From: Clostridia bacterium
GTDB lineage: Bacteria; Bacillota; Clostridia; Christensenellales; Aristaeellaceae
Assembly (NCBI GenBank): GCA_036834245.1
Contig: DAITOE010000001.1
Coordinates: forward strand, 1-44,864
Direction of reading: 5' to 3'
DNA length: 44,864 bases
The first letter of the stretch is position 1. Each line of letters starts with the position of its first letter. Under the pieces are notes generated by a model. That model was not told where the DNA came from. It did not search any database and saw only the letters and a list, made by a program, of their open reading frames with translations. Shown here one piece after another: positions 25,397-32,904 of the stretch. Both the position numbers and the translations under genes were made by a program.

Positions 25397-27859
25397 ATGA
25401 AAAAAATCTTCTGTCTCCTGTTGCTTGTGGCACTCCTGATGCCGGGCCTGCCCCCCGCCGGGGCCAGCGGCCTGGCCCCTGAGGGCTTCACCCTGATGGC
25501 GGAAAACGAGGCGCTGGCCCTGTACCTGCGGGAAAAGGACATGCTTTTGCAGGTGACCCACAAGGCCACCGGACGGTTCATCCAGTCCAGCCTCATGGGC
25601 GGCCAGCAGGGCAACCAGGTGGTGAAGAACCTGCAAAAATCCATGTTCAACGTCACCTTCATCGTCAACGCCAAAAGCGGCACCGTCTCCGCCATGGACA
25701 GCCATTCCATGGGGGTGATGATGGGGGGCGTCACGGCAGAGCAGACGGCAGGCGGCCTGCGCCTCCATTTCACCGTGGGGGACACCAAGCTGACGGAGGA
25801 CGACCTGCCCAAGATGATCCCCCTGGAGAAATACAACGCGCTGCTCAAGCCCCATTTCAGCGAGAAAAACGACAAAACCTTCCGGGGCACCTATGTCCTG
25901 GTGGGGGGCAACCAGTGGATCCGGTCCAAGGATCAGGGCATGGGGGCCCTGGCCATCAAGCAGCTGTATGCCCTGCTGTTTGAAACCGGCCAGTACACCC
26001 AGGAGGACCTGATTGAAGACAACCTGGCCTTCGGCCACGAGCGCGCCGTCTTCAACCCCCGCTTGTCCCTGGCCCTGGATTTCCGCCTGGACGGGGATGA
26101 CCTGCTGGTCTCCCTGCCCCTTGACAGCGTGGAAACCACCCCGGACAACCACCTGACCGTGGTGGAAATCCTGCCCTATTTCCTCTCCGCCACCCGGGAG
26201 GACAGCGGCTATTTCCTGGTGCCCGACGGCCCCGGGGGGCTGATTCCCTTCAACTCCGGCAACACCACGGCCCTGTCCTATCTGGACCAGGTCTACGGGC
26301 CGGACCCATTGAAGAACATCAACCGCTACCAGAGCCCCCGGTCCCGGATTCAACTGCCGGTCCTGGGCATGAAGAAAAACGGCCTCTCCGCCCTGGCCAT
26401 CATCGAGGAAGGGGCCGAGATGGCAGAATTGTTCGCCGACATCTCCGGCCGGGCGGACGAGTTCAACCGGGCCAGCATCCGCTTTGTGCTGCGGGACATC
26501 GAGGCGGTCTCCCTGCTGGGCAACCAGTCCATCACCGTGCCCCGCTTCAGCGACGACGTGTACACCGGCAGCTTCCGGGTGCGTTACAAGCTCTTCTTTG
26601 AAGAGGATTTCGGCTATGTGGAGATGGCCAGGGCCTATCAGGACTACCTGATCAAGCGGGGGATGCTGACATCATCCGCCCCCCTGGAGACGGCCCCCGT
26701 CTTCATCGAAACCCTGGGTGCCTTTTCCAAACAGAAGTTCTTCCTGGGCATCCCCTACCGCTCCACCGTCACCGCGGGCAGCCTGCCCCAGATCAAAAGC
26801 ATCTACGAGGCCTTGAAAGCAAAGGGCCTGGGCAGGATCCACCTGTCGGTCTACGGCCTGCTGGAAGGGGGCATGAAGCATTATTCCCTCAGCAGCCTGA
26901 AGCTGGACCCCAACATGGGGGGGCTTGCGGAATGGAACCGGCTGCGGGACGCGGTGACCGCCGGGGGGGACGAGATCCTGCCCAGCGTCTACATGAACAC
27001 CGTCTACGGGCGCAAGCGCTTCAACTACTACCAGGACGCTGCCAGGCTCCACAACGGGGACGCGGCCAGCGTCATGGTGATGCAGGAAAGCACCATGCTG
27101 CCGGCCCTGATGCCCTACCAGAGCTATTACCTCTCCCCCCACAGCCTGAAGGACTATGTGGAAAAGGCGGCCCAGTCCCTGTCGGGCCTGTCGCCCTCGG
27201 CCCTCCATGTCAGGGACCTGGGCTTCAGCCTGGTGCCGGACTATGCCAGGCGCAAGAACATCTCCAGGGTGCATGCCAGGCCCGGCTACCAGGAAGCCCT
27301 CAAGGAGCTGGCGGCCAGTTTTCCCCTGGCCCTCAGCCGCCCCAATGACTATGCCTTCCCGCATGCCACCTACGCCATGAACCTGCCCACCTCGGGCAAC
27401 GGCTTCAAGGTGGTGGAGACGGCGGTGCCCTTCCTGCCCCTGGTGCTGGAGGGTTGCCTGCCAGGGGCGGTGAGCCCCATGAACCTGGCCGCCCACCAGA
27501 ACCCCGGGGTGCTGCTGCTTCACGCCATGGAGGCCCGGCTCTTCCCGGCCTTCACCTTAAGCCATGCCCCGGAAACCGTCTTCCACGACACCCAGGACAA
27601 GGAGTTCATGAGCTTTTTCACCACCCAGTATGAGGGCCAGCTGGACCGGATTGCCGACATCAGCCAGCAGTATGAGGCCTTCTACCAGCAGGTGAAAGGC
27701 GCCCGCACCCTCTCCCACGAGGTGGTGAACCAGCAGGTGCGCCGCATCCGCTACGACAACGGGATGACCCTGCTCATCAACTACGGCAGCGCACCCTATC
27801 TGAGCCCTGAAGGCACCGTGGAAGGCGGTTTCTACCTTCTGACAGGAGGCCAGCAATGA
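25397..27859 (+). CDS. Secreted 820-aa protein of unknown function, DUF5696-like (possible cryptic glycan-active enzyme)
   Basis: The internal ATG at 25397 (MKKIFCLLLLVALLMPGLPPAGASG signal peptide) lies 14 nt after the Yip1 stop. The motif LPYFLSATREDSGYFLVPDGPGGLIPFNSG resembles what I recall for DUF5696 proteins, which I could not verify. The track ORF extension (24830-25396) overlaps the Yip1 gene out of frame. Confidence 0.55.
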   Translation: MKKIFCLLLLVALLMPGLPPAGASGLAPEGFTLMAENEALALYLREKDMLLQVTHKATGRFIQSSLMGGQQGNQVVKNLQKSMFNVTFIVNAKSGTVSAMDSHSMGVMMGGVTAEQTAGGLRLHFTVGDTKLTEDDLPKMIPLEKYNALLKPHFSEKNDKTFRGTYVLVGGNQWIRSKDQGMGALAIKQLYALLFETGQYTQEDLIEDNLAFGHERAVFNPRLSLALDFRLDGDDLLVSLPLDSVETTPDNHLTVVEILPYFLSATREDSGYFLVPDGPGGLIPFNSGNTTALSYLDQVYGPDPLKNINRYQSPRSRIQLPVLGMKKNGLSALAIIEEGAEMAELFADISGRADEFNRASIRFVLRDIEAVSLLGNQSITVPRFSDDVYTGSFRVRYKLFFEEDFGYVEMARAYQDYLIKRGMLTSSAPLETAPVFIETLGAFSKQKFFLGIPYRSTVTAGSLPQIKSIYEALKAKGLGRIHLSVYGLLEGGMKHYSLSSLKLDPNMGGLAEWNRLRDAVTAGGDEILPSVYMNTVYGRKRFNYYQDAARLHNGDAASVMVMQESTMLPALMPYQSYYLSPHSLKDYVEKAAQSLSGLSPSALHVRDLGFSLVPDYARRKNISRVHARPGYQEALKELAASFPLALSRPNDYAFPHATYAMNLPTSGNGFKVVETAVPFLPLVLEGCLPGAVSPMNLAAHQNPGVLLLHAMEARLFPAFTLSHAPETVFHDTQDKEFMSFFTTQYEGQLDRIADISQQYEAFYQQVKGARTLSHEVVNQQVRRIRYDNGMTLLINYGSAPYLSPEGTVEGGFYLLTGGQQ

Positions 27860-28773
27860 CTGCCCTGCGCAAACAAAACCCAAAAACCGGCTCCTGGTAC
27901 TACCGGCTGCCCTTCCCCAAGAAGATGGGGCTGTGGGGGATCATCTTCCTGATTCCCTGGCTCATCGGCTTCTTCGTCTTTTTCCTCTACCCCATGGTCC
28001 AGGTGGTACGCTACAGCTTCCACGACATGTCCATCATCCCGGAGTTGGAGCTCACCTTCACCGGCCTGGCCAACTACAACCAGGCCCTGCGGGTGGACCC
28101 CAACTACCTGCGGGCCATGGTGAACACCCTGGGGGAGGTGCTGCTGATGACCCCCCTGGTGGTGATCTTCTCCCTCTTGTGCGCCATTCTGCTCAACGGA
28201 AAGTTCCGGGGCCGGGCCATCGCCCGGGCGGTCTTCTTCATCCCCATCATCATGGCCACAGGCCTGATGCTGGACCGGGTCACCAACCTCTCTGCCCAGC
28301 TGGTCACCGCCGGCGCCCAGACCGCACCCTCCTTTGGCGCGGGCACCATTGCCGAGCTGCTGTTTTCCATCGGCATCGGCCGGGAGGCAGTCAGCTACCT
28401 CCTGCGCTCCGTCAACGACATCTTCAAGGTGGTGTCCCTCTCGGGCATCCAGATCTTGATCTTCCTCTCCGCCCTCCAGTCCATCAGCCCCTCCCTGTAT
28501 GAGGTGGCGAAGATTGAGGGGGCCACCGGCTATGAAACCTTCTGGAAGGTGACGGTGGTGATGGTGTCCCCCATGGTGCTCACCGTCAGCGTCTACACCC
28601 TGGCCGACCTCTTCCTGCGCTCCCCGGTGATCGAACTCACCTACGCGGTTGCCTTCAGGCGCTCCCAGTTCGGCCTGTCCGCCGCCATGAGCGTGCTGTA
28701 CCTGTTGATGTGCATCCTGGTGATCGGCATCGTCAGCTGGCTGATTAAAAAGGTGGTGTTCTATTATGACTGA
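27856..28773 (+). CDS. Carbohydrate ABC transporter permease (MalF-like), pair 2
   Basis: 305 aa with an ATGA overlap with the upstream stop. The EAA-like loop is YEVAKIEGATGYETFWKVTVVMVSP. Confidence 0.8.
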   Translation: MTALRKQNPKTGSWYYRLPFPKKMGLWGIIFLIPWLIGFFVFFLYPMVQVVRYSFHDMSIIPELELTFTGLANYNQALRVDPNYLRAMVNTLGEVLLMTPLVVIFSLLCAILLNGKFRGRAIARAVFFIPIIMATGLMLDRVTNLSAQLVTAGAQTAPSFGAGTIAELLFSIGIGREAVSYLLRSVNDIFKVVSLSGIQILIFLSALQSISPSLYEVAKIEGATGYETFWKVTVVMVSPMVLTVSVYTLADLFLRSPVIELTYAVAFRRSQFGLSAAMSVLYLLMCILVIGIVSWLIKKVVFYYD

Positions 28774-29788
28774 CAAGGCCCTGCGCCTGACACGGAGCGC
28801 CCGGGACAAGCGGCACTTCAACAAGCCCCTGCTGCAAAAGAAGGCCAAGGGCCTGCTGGTGAGCGTGCTGCGCTTCGCCCTGATTGTGTGCCTCAGCTAC
28901 CTGATCCTGGCCCCCATTTTGCGGAACCTCACCCAGGCCTTCACCCACCCGGACGACCTGGGCATGGCCACCAGCATCTGGCTGCCCCAGCGCATCTCCA
29001 CCCAGAACTGGCATGTGTCCCTATTAATGCTGGACTACTGGAAGGCCCTGCCCTACACCTTTTTGCACACCAGCATCATGGTGCTGCTGCAAACCCTGTG
29101 CGCCATGCTGGCGGGCTATTCCTTCGCCCGGTTCAAGTTCCGCTTCCGGGGGCTGCTGTTCGCCTTTGTGGTGTTCACCATCATCGTGCCGCCCCAGGTG
29201 TTCATGATGCCCCAGTACCTCTTCTTCCGGAAGTTTGACATCTTCGGCATCATCACCCTGATTACCGGCAAGCCCCTGAACCTGCTCAACAGCAGCATGT
29301 CCCTGTATGTGATGAGCGCAGTGGGCATGGGGATCAAAAGCGGGCTGTACATCTACATCTTCCGACAGACCTTCAGGAGCCTGCCCCGGGAATTGGAGGA
29401 GGCCGCCTACATCGACGGCGCCGGCTTCCTGCGCACCTTCACCTCCATTGTGGTGCCGGCAGCCAAGGCGGGCATCCTGACGGTGGTGGTGTTGAGCTTT
29501 GTGTGGAACTGGAACGACTCCTACTACACCAACCTCTTTGACAACAACAACGTGCGCCACCTGATGCTGGCCTACGGCAAGGCGGTGGCCTCGGTGGACG
29601 AGGCCCTGGCCAGCATCTCCAGCAAAGTGCCGGCAGGCTACTCCTTCCTCACCAAGAACCCGGTCTATGAGGGCGCCATCGCCAAGACGGCCAGCATGCT
29701 GGTCTTCCTGCCCCTGGTCTTCCTCTACCTCTTTGTCCAGCGCCGCTTCGTCCAGGGGGTGGAGCGCTCCGGCATCGCAGGGGACTGA
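28766..29788 (+). CDS. Carbohydrate ABC transporter permease (MalG-like), pair 2, with basic N-terminal tail
   Basis: 340 aa with an 8-nt overlap with the upstream gene. The EAA loop is EEAAYIDGAGFLRTFTSIVVPAAKA. Confidence 0.8.
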   Translation: MTDKALRLTRSARDKRHFNKPLLQKKAKGLLVSVLRFALIVCLSYLILAPILRNLTQAFTHPDDLGMATSIWLPQRISTQNWHVSLLMLDYWKALPYTFLHTSIMVLLQTLCAMLAGYSFARFKFRFRGLLFAFVVFTIIVPPQVFMMPQYLFFRKFDIFGIITLITGKPLNLLNSSMSLYVMSAVGMGIKSGLYIYIFRQTFRSLPRELEEAAYIDGAGFLRTFTSIVVPAAKAGILTVVVLSFVWNWNDSYYTNLFDNNNVRHLMLAYGKAVASVDEALASISSKVPAGYSFLTKNPVYEGAIAKTASMLVFLPLVFLYLFVQRRFVQGVERSGIAGD

Positions 29789-29795
29789 TTCATTT

Positions 29796-29839
29796 ATCCT
29801 GAACGCAAGCGTCAGTTTGTTGATGCTTGCGTTCAGGAT
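29796..29839 (+). terminator. Strong intrinsic terminator closing the 18504-29788 operon (15-bp stem ATCCTGAACGCAAGC / GCTTGCGTTCAGGAT, then TGCTATTTTCT)
   Basis: A perfect 15-bp inverted repeat with a 14-nt loop and a T-rich tail, beginning 8 nt after the stop codon. Confidence 0.75.
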
Positions 29840-29882
29840 TGCTATTTTCTAATGCTTTAACTGCTCATTCAGGAGGTTTTTC

Positions 29883-30698
29883 ATGGCTCTCATCAGCCTC
29901 AACTACCCTTCCGCCGCCCTGTATCAGAACACCGAGGTCACGGTGATCCTGCCGGACCCGGGGGAGGGGCTGCTGCGCCCGGGCAAAGGGGAACAGAGTC
30001 AGCCCCGCTACCCGGTGCTCTACCTGCTGCACGGCACCCACGGCGACCACACGGACTGGTGCCGTTACACCGCGATTGAGCGCTATGCCAGGGAGCGGGG
30101 GCTGGCGGTGGTGATGCCCGCCTGCGGCAACTCCTTCTACCAGGACATGGCCTCCGGCCCCCGGTACAAAAGCTTTGTGCTGGATGAATTGCCTGCCTAT
30201 TTGAGCGCCATCCTGCCCCTGTCCCGGAAACGGGAGGAAGTCTTCATCGCCGGCCTGTCCATGGGGGGCTACGGGGCCTTGCACCTGGCCCTGAGCCGGC
30301 CCCGGCAGTTCGCGGCGGCGGCCTCCCTCTCCGGCATTTTTTCCTTCGCGAAGCCCTACCGGGAGGTGAAGGACCAGCCGGATTTGCCCTGGCCCTTCCT
30401 GGCCATCCTGGGGGAAGGGGTCAACCCAACGGCCCTCCAGCGCAGCAACCGCAACGTGCTGGTGCAGGTGAAGCGCCTGATGGACCGGAAGGAGCCCCTG
30501 CCCCAGCTGTTCATCTCCGTGGGCACGGAGGACTTTACCCTGCCCTACAACCGGGAGGCCTGGCAGAAACTGCACGCCCTGGGGGCAGACTTCACCTATG
30601 AGGAGCACCCCGGTGCCCACACCTGGGATTACTGGGACACCCACATTCAGCGGGTGCTGGACTGGTTGCCGCTTCCAGAAAAAGAAGGTACGGAGTAG
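29883..30698 (+). CDS. Esterase-family alpha/beta hydrolase (putative-esterase / tributyrin-esterase-like, CE1-like)
   Basis: 271 aa with an AGGAGG RBS. It has YPVLYLLHGTHGDHTDW and the nucleophile elbow GLSMGGYGAL. Confidence 0.8.
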   Translation: MALISLNYPSAALYQNTEVTVILPDPGEGLLRPGKGEQSQPRYPVLYLLHGTHGDHTDWCRYTAIERYARERGLAVVMPACGNSFYQDMASGPRYKSFVLDELPAYLSAILPLSRKREEVFIAGLSMGGYGALHLALSRPRQFAAAASLSGIFSFAKPYREVKDQPDLPWPFLAILGEGVNPTALQRSNRNVLVQVKRLMDRKEPLPQLFISVGTEDFTLPYNREAWQKLHALGADFTYEEHPGAHTWDYWDTHIQRVLDWLPLPEKEGTE

Positions 30699-30724
30699 TG
30701 GGTCCAGGTGTAAATCCACAACAA

Positions 30725-30749
30725 AAAGGACGGCGCAGGGCCGTCCTTT
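30725..30749 (+). terminator. Hairpin AAAGGACGGC-gcagg-GCCGTCCTTT after the esterase gene
   Basis: A 10-bp perfect stem 27 nt after the stop. The T tract is part of the stem, so the tail is weak. Confidence 0.45.
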
Positions 30750-30778
30750 AATAATGATTACAATTCAAAATGATTCCC

Positions 30779-30873
30779 AGATAAACTACCGGGGTCCGGG
30801 GCCGATGGCCCCGGGCTGGGGGTTTGGGGGATGCAATCCCCCAAGGTCTTCGGACTTTCCCGTTCCTTCGTCC
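30779..30873 (-). repeat. Intergenic repeat family B, copy 2 (oriented with the aquaporin gene)
   Basis: The reverse complement reads TAG-GGACGAAGGAACGGGAAAG...CCTTGGGGGATTGCATCCCCCAAACCCCCAGCCCGGGGCCATCGGCCCCGGACCCCGGTAGTTTATCT. It begins at the stop codon at 30874-30876. Confidence 0.85.
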
Positions 30874-31560
30874 CTACGCCTTCAAGCCTTCCTTGTCATC
30901 CAGCACCTGCCAGACCAGGGCAGCCAGGGCGCCGCCCACCAGGGGGGCGAGGATGAAGACCCAGACGATGTTCAGGGCATCGGGCTGGCCGATGAGGGAG
31001 AGGATGAGGGCGGGGCCGAAGCTGCGGGCGGGGTTGACGCTGGTGCCGGTGAAATAGATGCCCAGGATGTGCACCAGGGTGAGGGTGAGGCCGATGACCA
31101 GGCCGGCTTTTCTGGCGGAGGCCTCCCGGGAGGTGACCCCCAGGATGGTGAGGACGAAGACGAAGGTGAGGATGACCTCGACGAGGAGGGATTTCATGAG
31201 GTCCCCCTGGTAGAGGGCGTTCTGGCCCAGGCCCATCCCGCCGCCGATGATGAGGTAGAGGATGCCGGCCCCGGCGATGGCGCCCAGGAACTGGGCGATG
31301 AGGTAGCCGATGAAGTCCCGGCCTGTCATGCGCCCGGTGAGGAGCATGCCGGTGGAGACGGCGGGGTTGATGTGGCAGCCGGAGATGTGGCCGATGGAGT
31401 AGGCCATGGCGACGATGACCAAGCCAAAGGCGAAGGCGGTCATCAGGTAGCTGACGGTGGCGGCGCCTTCCACCATCTTGGCGCCGGTGACGGCGGCGGT
31501 GCCGCAGGCGAAGAGCACCAGCACCAGGGTGCCGATGAATTCCGAGGCATATTTCTTCAT
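30874..31560 (-). CDS. aqpZ: MIP-family channel, aquaporin Z-like
   Basis: The start MKKYASEFIGTLVLV at 31560 follows AAGGAGG. It has two NPA boxes (HINPAVS, SVNPARS). The track ORF upstream extension is not coding. Confidence 0.85.
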   Translation of the reverse strand: MKKYASEFIGTLVLVLFACGTAAVTGAKMVEGAATVSYLMTAFAFGLVIVAMAYSIGHISGCHINPAVSTGMLLTGRMTGRDFIGYLIAQFLGAIAGAGILYLIIGGGMGLGQNALYQGDLMKSLLVEVILTFVFVLTILGVTSREASARKAGLVIGLTLTLVHILGIYFTGTSVNPARSFGPALILSLIGQPDALNIVWVFILAPLVGGALAALVWQVLDDKEGLKA

Positions 31561-31682
31561 TCCGGGTTCCTCCTTATCGGGGTTTGGTATACCAGGTATG
31601 GGTGTCGCCCATATCATACCACCGCCGCCATGGTTTCCACCAGCCGGATTGACGGGATTTGCCTGTTTCATCGCCAATTTTC

Positions 31683-31711
31683 TTGAATAAAGGCCCTTTT
31701 GGTGGTATACT
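31683..31711 (+). promoter_or_regulatory. Candidate promoter for the BMP-type ABC operon (TTGAAT-17 nt-TATACT)
   Basis: Hexamers with an exact 17-nt spacer. It is followed by a small 5' UTR hairpin (AGAAAC-tgt-GTTTCT) and the AGGAGG RBS. Confidence 0.45.
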
Positions 31712-31763
31712 ACCTGTACTTAGAAACTGTGTTTCTACAGCGAATAATAAGGAGGAACCATTC

Positions 31764-32837
31764 ATGAGGAAACTTTTGGCCCTTGTTCTGATCCTGGCGC
31801 TGGCGCTGCCGCTGGTGTCCCTGGCTCAGGAAACCTACGAGATTGCCATGGTCACCGACATTGGCACCATCGACGACAAGAGCTTCAACCAGGGCTCCTG
31901 GGAGGGCATTGTGGCCTTCGCCGAAGCCAATGGCAAGACCTACAACTACTACCAGCCTACGGCCCAGTCCACGGACATCTACCTGGACTTCATCGAGCAG
32001 GCAGTGAACGCGGGCGCCAAGGTCATCGTCACCCCCGGCTTCCTGTTTGAGGAGCCCATCTTCCGGGCCCAGGACATGTACCCGGAGGTCATGTTCGTGC
32101 TGATTGACGGCAACCCCAACGACGGCGACTGGAGCAAGCCGGAAGGCCCTGAGTTCCGCACCGAAGCCAATGCTGTGGGCATTGTCTTTGCGGAAGAGCA
32201 GGCGGGCTTCCTGGCCGGCTACGCTGCGGTGAAGGACGGCTACACCAAGCTGGGCTTCATGGGCGGCATGGCGGTTCCCGCGGTGGTGCGCTTTGGCTAC
32301 GGCTATGTGCAGGGCGCTGAAATGGCGGCTGCCGAACTGGGCATTGAAGGCCTGGTGATGAACTACCACTACACCGGCGGCTTCGCTGCCACCCCCGAGG
32401 CCCAGGCCCTGGCCGCATCCTGGTATGCGGACGGGATCGAGGTCATCTTTGCCTGCGGCGGCGCCGTGGGTGACTCCGTGATGGCGGCTGCGGAAGCGGC
32501 CGGCGCCAAGGTGATCGGCGTGGACGTGGACCAGAGCGCCCAGTCCGAGACCGTCATCACCTCTGCTGCCAAGGGCCTGGCCCCGGCGGTGGAGCAGACC
32601 CTGGCGGCCTACTATGCCGGCGAATTCCCCGGCGGCCAGGCCCTGGTGAAGGATGCCAAGGTGGACGGCGTGGAACTGCCCATGGCCAACTCCCGCTTCA
32701 ACACCTTCTCCCAGGCCGACTATGACGCCATCTTCGCCAAACTGGTGGCGGACGAGGTCAAGCTGCTGAAGGACACCGACATCACCAGCGTGGTGGAGAT
32801 TCCTGTGGAGCGCATGACCGTCACCGAGATCAAGTAA
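31764..32837 (+). CDS. BMP-family (PnrA/Med-like) ABC transporter substrate-binding protein, probably nucleoside/purine-type
   Basis: The start is MRKLLALVLILALALPLVSLAQ at 31764. The motif IAMVTDIGTIDDKSFNQGSWEG is characteristic of the basic membrane protein family. Confidence 0.85.
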   Translation: MRKLLALVLILALALPLVSLAQETYEIAMVTDIGTIDDKSFNQGSWEGIVAFAEANGKTYNYYQPTAQSTDIYLDFIEQAVNAGAKVIVTPGFLFEEPIFRAQDMYPEVMFVLIDGNPNDGDWSKPEGPEFRTEANAVGIVFAEEQAGFLAGYAAVKDGYTKLGFMGGMAVPAVVRFGYGYVQGAEMAAAELGIEGLVMNYHYTGGFAATPEAQALAASWYADGIEVIFACGGAVGDSVMAAAEAAGAKVIGVDVDQSAQSETVITSAAKGLAPAVEQTLAAYYAGEFPGGQALVKDAKVDGVELPMANSRFNTFSQADYDAIFAKLVADEVKLLKDTDITSVVEIPVERMTVTEIK

Positions 32838-32845
32838 CATCCCCC

Positions 32846-32873
32846 AACCGGCTGCCCCACCGGGCAGCCGGTT
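32846..32873 (+). terminator. Intra-operon hairpin/attenuating terminator after the binding-protein gene (AACCGGCTGCCC-cacc-GGGCAGCCGGTT + TTTTCT)
   Basis: A perfect 12-bp stem plus a T run, 9 nt after the stop. This is the usual arrangement for giving excess binding-protein mRNA. Confidence 0.65.
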
Positions 32874-32904
32874 TTTTCTACATAAATATAGGTTAGGGAA
32901 TGCA

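Noticed and set aside
30790-30830. Recurring peptide GPGPMAPGWG(F/P)GG in three different track ORFs (5991-6542 minus, 30598-31686 plus, 39520-39903 plus), considered as a conserved small protein or domain
   Set aside because: The identity is at the DNA level and lies in intergenic positions in inconsistent frame contexts. It is the translation of repeat family B, not a coding feature.
30598-31686. 362-aa plus-strand ORF across the esterase end, repeat B2 and the aquaporin gene (and the 376-aa minus ORF 31710-32840 opposite the BMP gene)
   Set aside because: Both are shadow frames. The first runs through a terminator hairpin and an intergenic repeat, and its G/D/E/A-rich sequence mirrors the aquaporin gene. 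The second mirrors the BMP binding-protein gene.
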